A stretch of 12,727 nt of DNA from a virus (Duplodnaviria; Heunggongvirae; Uroviricota; Caudoviricetes): positions 64,001-76,727 of the IMG/VR virus record IMGVR_UViG_3300035670_000138; one strand, 5' to 3'. Shown piece by piece: positions 1 through 7,295 of the stretch (positions within the stretch are counted from its first letter, which is position 1; every line of letters starts with the position of its first letter). A model generated the notes under the pieces. The model was not told the origin of the DNA and did no database searches. It saw only the letters and a list, made by a program, of their open reading frames with translations. The position numbers were made by a program, and so were the translations under genes.

Positions 1-750
1 CTGGTGAACTGTAGGAATTACATCTTCAGCTTTAACGTCATTCCATCCACCTTCCATTGCTAAATACATAGCATCAGCTATTTCGGAGATTAGTTCATCA
101 CTTGCTTCTAATTGTCCGTATTTTTCAATAGCCTTATCGATTTCGTTTTTCAATTCGCCTTCAGCCTTTTCTAAAAGAATTTTTTTACTTTCTTCTTCCA
201 TTTGTTTTTTAAGCTTACTATTTTCTTCTTCTAATTCTTTAAATCTTTTTTGTCTAGCTTCAATCTCTCTTTCTTGTGGAGATTTTTCATTTTCCTTAAC
301 ATATGACTCTAGTTTAGCAGCAGCTAATTGTATAGGATCATATCCCAATTCTTCTAAATATGAAAATGGATCTGACTTTAATCTTTCCAATTCGCTATTA
401 AATACTTTTTTAAGCTCCGCATTTTCTTGCATTGCTTGTCTACCTGCCATAGCTAACTGTAATTCTTTTTTAAGGGTGTCTTCGTCAGATAAATCAATAC
501 GTCTTTGATACTCTTTACCGTTTACTTTTAAGGTAAACTCTCTAATCATGTTCTTAACGTCTTCATCAGAAGCACCTTTATCGATTGCTTCTTGAATCTC
601 TTGTTCTAGTTCTTCTTGATTTTCTGCTTGAACTGAAGGTTCTGCTGATGCACTAGCCTCTTGTTTAGGACTAGCTGTAGTTGTTGTTTGCTCTGAATTA
701 GCTTCAGGGGCTGCGGCTTCTGCCGGCTGCGAAGTTGCTTCGTTACTCAT
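1..750 (-). CDS. Probable capsid scaffolding / head assembly protein (3'-truncated by window edge; not in ORF track)
   Basis: ATG at 750 with GGAG SD at 759-762. Open for 250 codons to base 1: MSNEATSQPAEAAAPEANSEQTTTTASPKQEASASAEPSVQAENQEELEQEIQEAIDKG...FTLKVNGKEYQRRIDLSD... Acidic disordered N-terminus, a 'xTxKVxGxE' strand typical of phage scaffolds, then long coiled coil. Lies downstream of portal. Confidence 0.75.
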   Translation of the reverse strand, partial: MSNEATSQPAEAAAPEANSEQTTTTASPKQEASASAEPSVQAENQEELEQEIQEAIDKGASDEDVKNMIREFTLKVNGKEYQRRIDLSDEDTLKKELQLAMAGRQAMQENAELKKVFNSELERLKSDPFSYLEELGYDPIQLAAAKLESYVKENEKSPQEREIEARQKRFKELEEENSKLKKQMEEESKKILLEKAEGELKNEIDKAIEKYGQLEASDELISEIADAMYLAMEGGWNDVKAEDVIPTVHQ

Positions 751-787
751 TTTTTTTTCTCCAATTGTTAGTTTGTATATAACAAAA

Positions 788-1135
788 TTAGCCGTCTTGT
801 GATAGGCTATCTTTTTTCTGTGCTTCCCATTTTTTCTGAGTCATTCCTTTAGGTACTCTACCAAAAGTTCTGTCTCTAGATTCTCTTTCCATCTCAACCC
901 CTAAAGATTCCAATTCTTTTCTAGCGGTTCTCTTTAGTACATTAAGATTGTTAATATTCTCTCCGCCTTTTAAAACGAACTCTTTAGTTCTTTCATTTCT
1001 AATCATAAATAAAAAGTTGGCTAAATCAAGGATAATTCTATACCTAGCTCCGCTTTTCTTAGAAACAAATTCTCTAATAGATATTACTTGATTTTCTCTA
1101 TGTTTATGTTCTATATATCTTATTCTTTCGCTCAT
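788..1135 (-). CDS. Hypothetical basic protein, 115 aa, between portal and scaffold
   Basis: ATG overlaps the portal TGA (ATGA, 1132-1135) and has a GGAGGT SD inside the portal 3' end, indicating translational coupling. Confidence 0.8.
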   Translation of the reverse strand: MSERIRYIEHKHRENQVISIREFVSKKSGARYRIILDLANFLFMIRNERTKEFVLKGGENINNLNVLKRTARKELESLGVEMERESRDRTFGRVPKGMTQKKWEAQKKDSLSQDG

Positions 1136-3207
1136 ACATTACCTCCGATTATATCATTCGGACTTGTTGGCTGTGGAGGAAGGATACCTTCATCTACACC
1201 TGCAGGAGTTGGCATTCCCGGCATATTAGCAGGAGCTGCTTGCATATTCGGGTCCATTACTTCAGAGTTTACCGGAGCATTAGTTGGAACTTGCGGATTC
1301 TGCATATTAGCAGGAGTACCGCCCGGAGGAGATAATGGCTGCTGATTAGTAATTGTTAATATATTAGGATCAGTTGTCTGTAATAAATTAATATGTTCTT
1401 GAATGTGATCTAATACTGCTTGAACTAACTCGGGATCTCTTCTTAACATATAATCGTTTAGTAATGTCCTATGTTCTTTTATGTGAAGTGCATGCATGTC
1501 CGAGAATAACCCAATAACTTCTTCTCCGTTAAGCATAGCTTCATTTTCACTCTTAATTAAAACCATTTCGTCAGTTTTACTATCAGTCATGAAATCTAAG
1601 TTACCTGTGCTTAATACTGAAAGATATGTCTCAGGAGTTTCAATTAACCCCATTTGTAATAAGTTTTCAGCAATCTGTGCTCTACCTGCAGTTGACTGCA
1701 TAAGTGCGTTACCTACATCTACCACTACTCTGTTAATCGAATTAATATCATCCGATTTAAACTCTTTCATTTCGGTTCTATTGTTTATGCCGGAAATTGC
1801 TGCAATTCTTGGAACATTAGCAAAATCTTTTAGTAAATTAATTAAACCAGTTCCTACGTCTTCCAATAACTGAATGTAAGATTGTTGAAGTCCACTTACA
1901 TATTGTAATGCTTGCGATTGTACTAACGCTAAAGCTGTCCCCGATCTTAACGATTGTTCTGGATTACCTCTAGCAACAGAGTTTACTCCAGATAATGTTT
2001 CCATTGTCTTTTCAATCAACGATATCATTTGATATACTTCAGGTGAAGTTTGAACTAATTGTAAAGCTTCAGGTTTACCCATTTGAGCATTATACTCGAT
2101 AAAGTTCATACCTTCAGCAACTTGCTCTAAACTAACGTCATTACCTCTAGGATTTAAAATGTTCTGAACACCAAATGCATTGATGTTAGTAGTTGCAGTT
2201 GAGTACAAACTATTTAACATTTCTTGAAGAGGCATAAGGTCGAACATGTCCGTATATCCATACGGAGTGCCTAAAATATTAGAAGGAGAAATCCTATAAA
2301 TAGGTAAACTTCTATAAGGCATCATTGTATCTTCTAAAACAATATCTTGATTTAGATATAGAACATATCTTCCGTTTGGAAGCGATTCTGTTCTTTTATG
2401 GAAAAATTCATATACAGGAATATCGTCTGTTTCGCTTTCATCGTTTTGAACAACTCTACTAGTTCTTCTTTCTAGTTTACTTTTAGATCTGATCTCAGTA
2501 ATTTGTTCATATAATTCTGGATATTTAGCTGCAATATCAAACTTGTTTACAAATGTTCTACATAATACCCAAATGTTATCATCATATCTTTCTTTTGTAG
2601 AATCGAAAACAACATCATACGGCGACAATAGTGAAAACTCTGCATCACCTTCATAAATCGGCAAAGGTTCAATTACTTTTCCGTCTTTATCTAGAGGAAC
2701 ACCATCATCATCTGTTTCAAATATGGAACTAGGATCAGGCTCGATATAATCGAAGATTTCGCCCTTTGTACTGTTCCATTCTAATTTTAAATAACCTGAT
2801 CCAAGGACGATTGCGTATTCTACTGCATCTTTTAAAACTCTTTCTAGGCGTTTTTCACGCATATAATAATCTAATAACCCATCACCTAATTTAGCTTGGA
2901 TCATTGACTTCTTATCGGTATTAATTGCTCTACATTTAAACGAAGGTCTTGTAGATGTAACCATTACTAAAATATGTTTAGCTAAGTTTCTATAGTGGTT
3001 TACTGCCATATTGACAATTTCACCTTGCTCTCCACCTAAACTAACTGTATGACCATTATCATAGTAATAACCATGATAGGCTCTCCATGATCTTTCAATC
3101 TTTTCGATATAGTTAGTACGGTTTACACCCTCGAACCAAGTATCGGACTTTCTAATAAGAGTTTTGACTACTTCTTCAGGAGCATCCGCCGCAAAATATT
3201 TGTTCAT
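1132..3207 (-). CDS. Phage portal protein, 691 aa (P22/T7-like size class)
   Basis: Directly downstream of terL with GAGAGG SD. Mostly helical; contains the portal-like 'METLSGVNSVARG...SGTALAL' segment; ends in a Pro/Gln-rich tail. Confidence 0.88.
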   Translation of the reverse strand: MNKYFAADAPEEVVKTLIRKSDTWFEGVNRTNYIEKIERSWRAYHGYYYDNGHTVSLGGEQGEIVNMAVNHYRNLAKHILVMVTSTRPSFKCRAINTDKKSMIQAKLGDGLLDYYMREKRLERVLKDAVEYAIVLGSGYLKLEWNSTKGEIFDYIEPDPSSIFETDDDGVPLDKDGKVIEPLPIYEGDAEFSLLSPYDVVFDSTKERYDDNIWVLCRTFVNKFDIAAKYPELYEQITEIRSKSKLERRTSRVVQNDESETDDIPVYEFFHKRTESLPNGRYVLYLNQDIVLEDTMMPYRSLPIYRISPSNILGTPYGYTDMFDLMPLQEMLNSLYSTATTNINAFGVQNILNPRGNDVSLEQVAEGMNFIEYNAQMGKPEALQLVQTSPEVYQMISLIEKTMETLSGVNSVARGNPEQSLRSGTALALVQSQALQYVSGLQQSYIQLLEDVGTGLINLLKDFANVPRIAAISGINNRTEMKEFKSDDINSINRVVVDVGNALMQSTAGRAQIAENLLQMGLIETPETYLSVLSTGNLDFMTDSKTDEMVLIKSENEAMLNGEEVIGLFSDMHALHIKEHRTLLNDYMLRRDPELVQAVLDHIQEHINLLQTTDPNILTITNQQPLSPPGGTPANMQNPQVPTNAPVNSEVMDPNMQAAPANMPGMPTPAGVDEGILPPQPTSPNDIIGGNV

Positions 3208-3220
3208 TTAATACCTCTCG

Positions 3221-3235
3221 ATATATAGTTGTTAA
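3221..3235 (-). promoter_or_regulatory. Putative phage late promoter motif TTAACAACTATATAT (copy 1, before portal)
   Basis: Exact 15-bp match to 6499-6513, immediately upstream of the portal SD. Confidence 0.6.
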
Positions 3236-3250
3236 TTTTTTTAATACATT

Positions 3251-4777
3251 TTAATCTTTTTTTCGAATATTTAGCAATTTTCTCATAAAATCAAGGGTTT
3301 CGCTGCTATCATTTTTCCATTTTGGAGAGACAAATGTATCCTTTCCTATGTTAATTCCATAGTTTTTAGGGAAGGGGTTCTTTGTTGCTTGAACATTTCT
3401 TACTAAATATATCAAAGCATCAAGGGCATCGGCGTGGGATCTTAATAGTCCAAGCTCGTCCATTCCCTCCAAATGCTTAAACTTATTTAAAAATGTACCA
3501 GACTTAGACGTTTGCCATTGTCCATACTTTACATGATATCTTAAATTCTTACATCTAGGATGAATTATTATCTTATCAGTATCCATCCACCTTCTTACAG
3601 TATCCACCGCCTGTTCCTTATTATGCTTTTCCGTAGGAACAAAGTTCATACCATAGAATCTAGACAGGTCGTTAATTAGCTTTAAGTCGTTATCCATTAT
3701 CCGCAAATAGGGTTCCACCAACTTTTTATGCTTAGTATTGAACCATAATTCTTCTCTATGTAATATTTCACGGTATAGTTTATCTGTAGTCATTTCTGGA
3801 CCATTTATAACATACTCATCCATTATAACTAATTTATTTATATTATAATCATAAAATCCAAAAAGAGCTACAGTTAAATCGTGGAAACCAACGTCGGCTG
3901 CAACATAGAAATCGCAATAATCTGGAATAGTATATTCCTGAACAATTTTAGCTTCATGCTGAGCAAACTCAGGTATGACGGTAGCTTCTGAAATATTAGG
4001 TATTTCGCAAAGATACTCGCATCTAAACTTAATATTGTTTAGTCCACCCGGATATCTCTTAATAATAGATTCTCTTGTTTTATCATTAATCATTGGTGAA
4101 GTATAAAAGTCGAACTTTAGTAACTTACCCACAGCTTCCATAGGGAATACAAATAATTTATGAAACGGATGGTTAGGATCTTTATCATTAGGAGTTGAGG
4201 CTAGAAATATCTTACCTCCGGTAGTATCTGTAGTAGGTGCTAATACTGAATAAACTACTGTCTCAAGTTCATCCATAAATCCTGCCTCATCGCAGATACA
4301 CATATGAGATGTTCCACCTCGAAGATTGTCATAGTTTCCGCCATCAGTTCCTGCTACTTGTATTTCAGATCCATTAGGGAAAGACCATACTTTTTCTTGA
4401 GTTTTCCATTCAGGTTTTAAGTCCAAAGGACAGTCTGCTATAATCTCGGAGATTCTAGGCTTTATAACTCTCTCAACCATTTTTTGTTGAGGACATGCAT
4501 ATTTAATAATTGACTTAGGATTTGCGATACAATACTCAACAGCAATAACACATAAAGTAAATGACTTACCGTATTGTCTTGAAATGAGACATGCTGATAT
4601 ATCCTCTGCACAATTTTTGAAATGATCGTAGATTAGTTTCTGATTACCTACTAGCTTCCAAGAAAGATTAGCTTTTCGCCAAAGTTGCTCAATAGCTTCT
4701 TCTTTACTTAGCTCTTTTTTTCTAGGAGAAGATTTAGGAGGTTTACCATAGGTATTATCCACCTTTTCCGCCTTCAA
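3251..4777 (-). CDS. terL: Terminase large subunit (ATPase plus RNase H-like nuclease)
   Basis: Walker A ISRQYGKS, Walker B ICDEAGF, coupling motif LASTP, nuclease acidic motifs ADVGFHD and HADALDA. Track start is TTG at 4777; GTG at 4762 (AAGGCGG 5 nt upstream, overlapping the previous gene's end) is an alternative. Confidence 0.95.
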   Translation of the reverse strand: MKAEKVDNTYGKPPKSSPRKKELSKEEAIEQLWRKANLSWKLVGNQKLIYDHFKNCAEDISACLISRQYGKSFTLCVIAVEYCIANPKSIIKYACPQQKMVERVIKPRISEIIADCPLDLKPEWKTQEKVWSFPNGSEIQVAGTDGGNYDNLRGGTSHMCICDEAGFMDELETVVYSVLAPTTDTTGGKIFLASTPNDKDPNHPFHKLFVFPMEAVGKLLKFDFYTSPMINDKTRESIIKRYPGGLNNIKFRCEYLCEIPNISEATVIPEFAQHEAKIVQEYTIPDYCDFYVAADVGFHDLTVALFGFYDYNINKLVIMDEYVINGPEMTTDKLYREILHREELWFNTKHKKLVEPYLRIMDNDLKLINDLSRFYGMNFVPTEKHNKEQAVDTVRRWMDTDKIIIHPRCKNLRYHVKYGQWQTSKSGTFLNKFKHLEGMDELGLLRSHADALDALIYLVRNVQATKNPFPKNYGINIGKDTFVSPKWKNDSSETLDFMRKLLNIRKKD

Positions 4778-5117
4778 CTATTTTTAGTAATTCATTTATA
4801 TCTGCAGGTTTAGATTTTTTAGTTTTATCCCCTGTAGACTGACCTCTAATCATTCTAAGGTTTTTATGAAGTATGTCGAAGTTTAAAGCATCATTCTTGT
4901 CAAATGTACCAGTTCTAAATACCTCAGCTAAATATCTAATACCATCTAAACAAATCTGTTCTTCTGGTGATATATTCTTAGTAATATTCAATTCGCTTTC
5001 TAAGTCGTTTTCAATTACAACTTTCTTAAGCTGTTCATTTTCTTTTTTAAGAAGATCAATTTCTCGCCTTAGTGCGTTTATTTCAAGCTGTAGTTCAGCT
5101 TCTAAGAAGTTATTCAT
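4755..5117 (-). CDS. Hypothetical 120 aa protein overlapping terL start; positional terminase small subunit candidate
   Basis: AGGAGG SD. N-terminal coiled coil, helical middle, basic C-terminus. Function inferred from position only. Confidence 0.8.
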   Translation of the reverse strand: MNNFLEAELQLEINALRREIDLLKKENEQLKKVVIENDLESELNITKNISPEEQICLDGIRYLAEVFRTGTFDKNDALNFDILHKNLRMIRGQSTGDKTKKSKPADINELLKIVEGGKGG

Positions 5118-5125
5118 AATCCTCC

Positions 5126-5434
5126 TTAAAATTGGAATTTTTTAACATTACTAGTATTGCCTAATTTTTCAGCATTACTTTTTACTACTTCAGTTCTTAT
5201 TTCAGTAGTTTTCTTATCAACATTTTTTATTTGCTGTTCTAGATATACTAAAGCATCTTGGAATTTCTTCTCATAATCTGGCTTTCTATTTTCTAATAGA
5301 TAGACCTGAAAACAACAAAAAGCTACTAGTGAGCTAATAATTAGCGAATGAGCCAATGTCGGATTGTTAAAGAAAAAGAAGGGTAATAGGATTGATAGTA
5401 ATGCAAAAGGGAATAGATCGAGATAGTTTCTCAT
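5126..5434 (-). CDS. Membrane protein, two N-terminal hydrophobic segments plus C-terminal coiled coil (102 aa)
   Basis: Track start is 5446, but GGAGG lies 5 nt before ATG 5434 (MRNYLDLFPFALLSILLPFFFF...), so the start was moved. Confidence 0.75.
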   Translation of the reverse strand: MRNYLDLFPFALLSILLPFFFFNNPTLAHSLIISSLVAFCCFQVYLLENRKPDYEKKFQDALVYLEQQIKNVDKKTTEIRTEVVKSNAEKLGNTSNVKKFQF

Positions 5435-5483
5435 TTGTGCCTCCAATAACTCATTTTAAACGGTCTGTTACGATATGTTTAAT

Positions 5484-5636
5484 TTAAGTGTTGTTAGTTT
5501 TTTTAATTACTGTTTTTATTTTAGAGAGATTTCTTTTTCTCTCATCTTTATTATTAATCTTTAAAGTCTTTTTATTTTGTTCTTCACGAACTTTTTTGAG
5601 CATAGCTTTTATAGCATTAACATCTACGCCACTCAT
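5484..5636 (-). CDS. Small Lys-rich hypothetical protein, 50 aa (not in track)
   Basis: MSGVDVNAIKAMLKKVREEQNKKTLKINNKDERKRNLSKIKTVIKKTNNT*. ATG overlaps the upstream TAA (TAATG at 5634-5638). Confidence 0.65.
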   Translation of the reverse strand: MSGVDVNAIKAMLKKVREEQNKKTLKINNKDERKRNLSKIKTVIKKTNNT

Positions 5637-5908
5637 TATTTAGTACCTATCTTTTTATACTTTCCCCATAAATTCTTACAAGCCCAGTATCTAGCAGTTA
5701 GCTTATCGTTAGCATCGTCACAATTATGCCTAGCTCTAAAAGATTCTTTTGCTTCTGAAGAATAGTTATGATCGTAACCATCTGCTCCGAAATGAATTAA
5801 TTTTTCCTGCCCATCATCACAAGCTTTAACTACTTTCTTCTTGCCTTGTTTAGGACTAGGTTTAGGAGAATTACAAGATAGTCTTTCTTTTAGGTCTTTA
5901 TATGACAT
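5636..5908 (-). CDS. Small basic viral protein with IHFGxxGY...SFxARH...ARYWA...LW motif (DUF5754-like, from memory)
   Basis: KLIHFGADGYDHNYSSEAKESFRARHNC...TARYWACKNLW resembles a small basic family I recall from phages and large DNA viruses. Tightly packed in the operon. Confidence 0.75.
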   Translation of the reverse strand: MSYKDLKERLSCNSPKPSPKQGKKKVVKACDDGQEKLIHFGADGYDHNYSSEAKESFRARHNCDDANDKLTARYWACKNLWGKYKKIGTK

Positions 5909-5910
5909 AG

Positions 5911-6090
5911 TTATTCAAATATTCCCATATTTCTTTTTTTTCTCATTTCTTCTAAAGCTTTCTTCTTCATTTCAAGATCTTCAGGATTTGATTTTTCAAC
6001 AATACTTTTAGTAAAAGCTTGTTCTTGAGATTTTTCTTTTTTTCTATCTTCTTCTGTTTCTTTTAATTTCTTTTTTAATAGATCAAGCAT
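5911..6090 (-). CDS. Small highly charged helical protein, 59 aa (not in track)
   Basis: MLDLLKKKLKETEEDRKKEKSQEQAFTKSIVEKSNPEDLEMKKKALEEMRKKRNMGIFE*. AGGA SD; fills the gap between its neighbours almost exactly. Confidence 0.7.
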   Translation of the reverse strand: MLDLLKKKLKETEEDRKKEKSQEQAFTKSIVEKSNPEDLEMKKKALEEMRKKRNMGIFE

Positions 6091-6102
6091 TTATATATTC
6101 CT

Positions 6103-6486
6103 TTATTTTTTATTTCTATCTTTTAACATTTTTAGAACTAACATTTTTCTAGCTAACTCATCATCAATACCTTCAGGAAGAGTTTTCATTGTTCTAGGAT
6201 TAATTTCTGATTCATCCTCTTCAGGTATATCTGCACCGAAATATGCTGCAAGTTTTCTACCTTCTTCTGACATACTAGTATCATGAAATCTACTGTCTTC
6301 ACTGTCACCATAATCTTTAGAAAATTTTGAAGGCTTATTAAATTTGTACTTCTCTACTCTTTCTAATCCTTCTTTATTGAAGTTTTCAAGAAAGTCAGCG
6401 TCACTCATTTCATCAAATGACTCTACTTCTCCGCCATCTTGATATTTCATCTTCTTTAAGGCATCTTTCTTAGAATTACAATTCAT
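6103..6486 (-). CDS. Hypothetical acidic protein, 127 aa, first gene of the late operon
   Basis: AGGAGA SD 6 nt upstream; preceded by the late-type motif at 6499-6513. Contains KKMKYQDGGEV. Confidence 0.8.
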   Translation of the reverse strand: MNCNSKKDALKKMKYQDGGEVESFDEMSDADFLENFNKEGLERVEKYKFNKPSKFSKDYGDSEDSRFHDTSMSEEGRKLAAYFGADIPEEDESEINPRTMKTLPEGIDDELARKMLVLKMLKDRNKK

Positions 6487-6498
6487 AGCATGTCTCCT

Positions 6499-6513
6499 AT
6501 ATATAGTTGTTAA
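6499..6513 (-). promoter_or_regulatory. Putative phage late promoter motif TTAACAACTATATAT (copy 2, head of late operon)
   Basis: Exact 15-bp match to 3221-3235, immediately upstream of the AGGAGA SD of 6103-6486. Confidence 0.6.
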
Positions 6514-6639
6514 ATTTTAGGAATATATTTACTAAAAAATTTGATTTTGGAATAATTTCAATAGGTTGAATGCAAAGTAATAAGCTACCCTTTCCTTATA
6601 TATAAAGGAAATAGTATTTATTACCAGAAATCTTATCGT

Positions 6640-6820
6640 AAGTTACCGATTTAAGGTGTAAGGTAGTTAGCCCCTATGTCACGCCTTAGCTATCCGCCTT
6701 ACGCTCGGCTCTTTTGGAGGTCAATACCGAGTAAGCGACTATATCCACGCTTCCCTAGAGCTTGTTGAAGGTTTCCCCTCGTTTCGCCCGACTTCTTTCA
6801 CGTTCGGATAACTTAGCTAT
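6640..6820 (-). ncRNA. Candidate structured ncRNA or structured 5' leader
   Basis: 6661-6820 is 80/160 GC in an AT-rich intergenic region. 9-bp closing stem AGUUAUCCG/CGGAUAGCU, hairpin GAGGG-GAAA-CCUUC, stem CUUACUCGG/CCGAG(CG)UAAG. G-U pairs work only on the minus strand. Starts at the predicted TSS of the leftward promoter. Confidence 0.55.
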
Positions 6821-6824
6821 AAAT

Positions 6825-6853
6825 AATTTATCACATAAAAATAAATATTGCAA
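6825..6853 (-). promoter_or_regulatory. Leftward sigma70-type promoter TTGCAA-17-TAAATT with extended TG
   Basis: -35 at 6848-6853, -10 at 6825-6830, 17-bp spacer, TGn. Predicted TSS about 6818-6820. Confidence 0.55.
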
Positions 6854-6876
6854 TAAATATTTTATTATGTTATAGT
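6848..6876 (+). promoter_or_regulatory. Rightward sigma70-type promoter TTGCAA-17-TATAGT with extended TG
   Basis: -35 at 6848-6853, -10 at 6871-6876, 17-bp spacer, TG at 6868-6869. Predicted TSS about 6883. Confidence 0.65.
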
Positions 6877-6882
6877 AATATA

Positions 6883-7035
6883 ATGATAGGTTCCGTACAA
6901 AAACCACTTATTCCTTTAATTATAACTTTCGACGAAAACAAAGTAGAATATATATGTACAGTATTAGGACAAAGTATAACTCAAGCATATGAAGTTATCC
7001 ATATGTTCGGAATGGTTGAAGAGGAGGAAGAATGA
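6883..7035 (+). CDS. Hypothetical 50 aa protein, probably leaderless (not in track)
   Basis: MIGSVQKPLIPLIITFDENKVEYICTVLGQSITQAYEVIHMFGMVEEEEE*. ATG is 7 nt after the -10 box; its GAGGAGG tail is the SD of the next gene; ATGA overlap at 7032-7035. Confidence 0.6.
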   Translation: MIGSVQKPLIPLIITFDENKVEYICTVLGQSITQAYEVIHMFGMVEEEEE

Positions 7036-7295
7036 TTGACTACTTAGGATTAGGTTTAGTGCTTATGGTTATATCTATAATGCAGTTTCTTGTTTTTAGA
7101 AAATACAAATCAATTAATATTATACAAAATTTATTTATATCAATATTCTCAAGTTTGGCAGTAATCGTGTCGGGGGTAGGAGGACTACTTTTAGTGGTGT
7201 CTGAACTGTACTATAAACTGATCCTTCTACTCGGGGGTATTGACATAGCAGATTTCCTTACTTTTCTAGGAAAGCAAAAGGAAGAAGATAAATGA
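7032..7295 (+). CDS. Small membrane protein, 87 aa, 2-3 hydrophobic segments
   Basis: GAGGAGG SD, ATGA overlaps at both ends, long hydrophobic runs. Confidence 0.8.
   Translation: MIDYLGLGLVLMVISIMQFLVFRKYKSINIIQNLFISIFSSLAVIVSGVGGLLLVVSELYYKLILLLGGIDIADFLTFLGKQKEEDK

Noticed and set aside
789-809. TAGCC...GGCTA hairpin as a terminator before the scaffold gene
   Set aside because: Imperfect on the sense (minus) strand, overlaps coding sequence, and has a poor U-tract.
1088-1345. Track ORF, plus strand, 85 aa
   Set aside because: Antisense shadow of the Pro-rich portal tail; no SD.
1496-1873. Track ORF, plus strand, 125 aa
   Set aside because: Entirely antisense to portal, with the Ser/Ile/Leu-rich composition typical of shadow frames.
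4873-5145. Track ORF, plus strand, 90 aa
   Set aside because: Antisense to 4755-5117, which has a strong SD and operon context.
5577-5765. Track ORF, plus strand, 62 aa
   Set aside because: Antisense to two coupled minus-strand genes.
6591-6611. TTTCCTT-ATATATA-AAGGAAA inverted repeat as a terminator
   Set aside because: AT-rich weak stem with no U-tract in either direction; it could be an operator or part of the RNA candidate, but is unsupported as a terminator.
6737-6747. GGAUAUAGUCG on the minus strand resembles the group I intron S element (AAGAUAUAGUCC)
   Set aside because: No matching R element (GACU partner for P7), no P/Q elements, too short, and it does not interrupt a gene.
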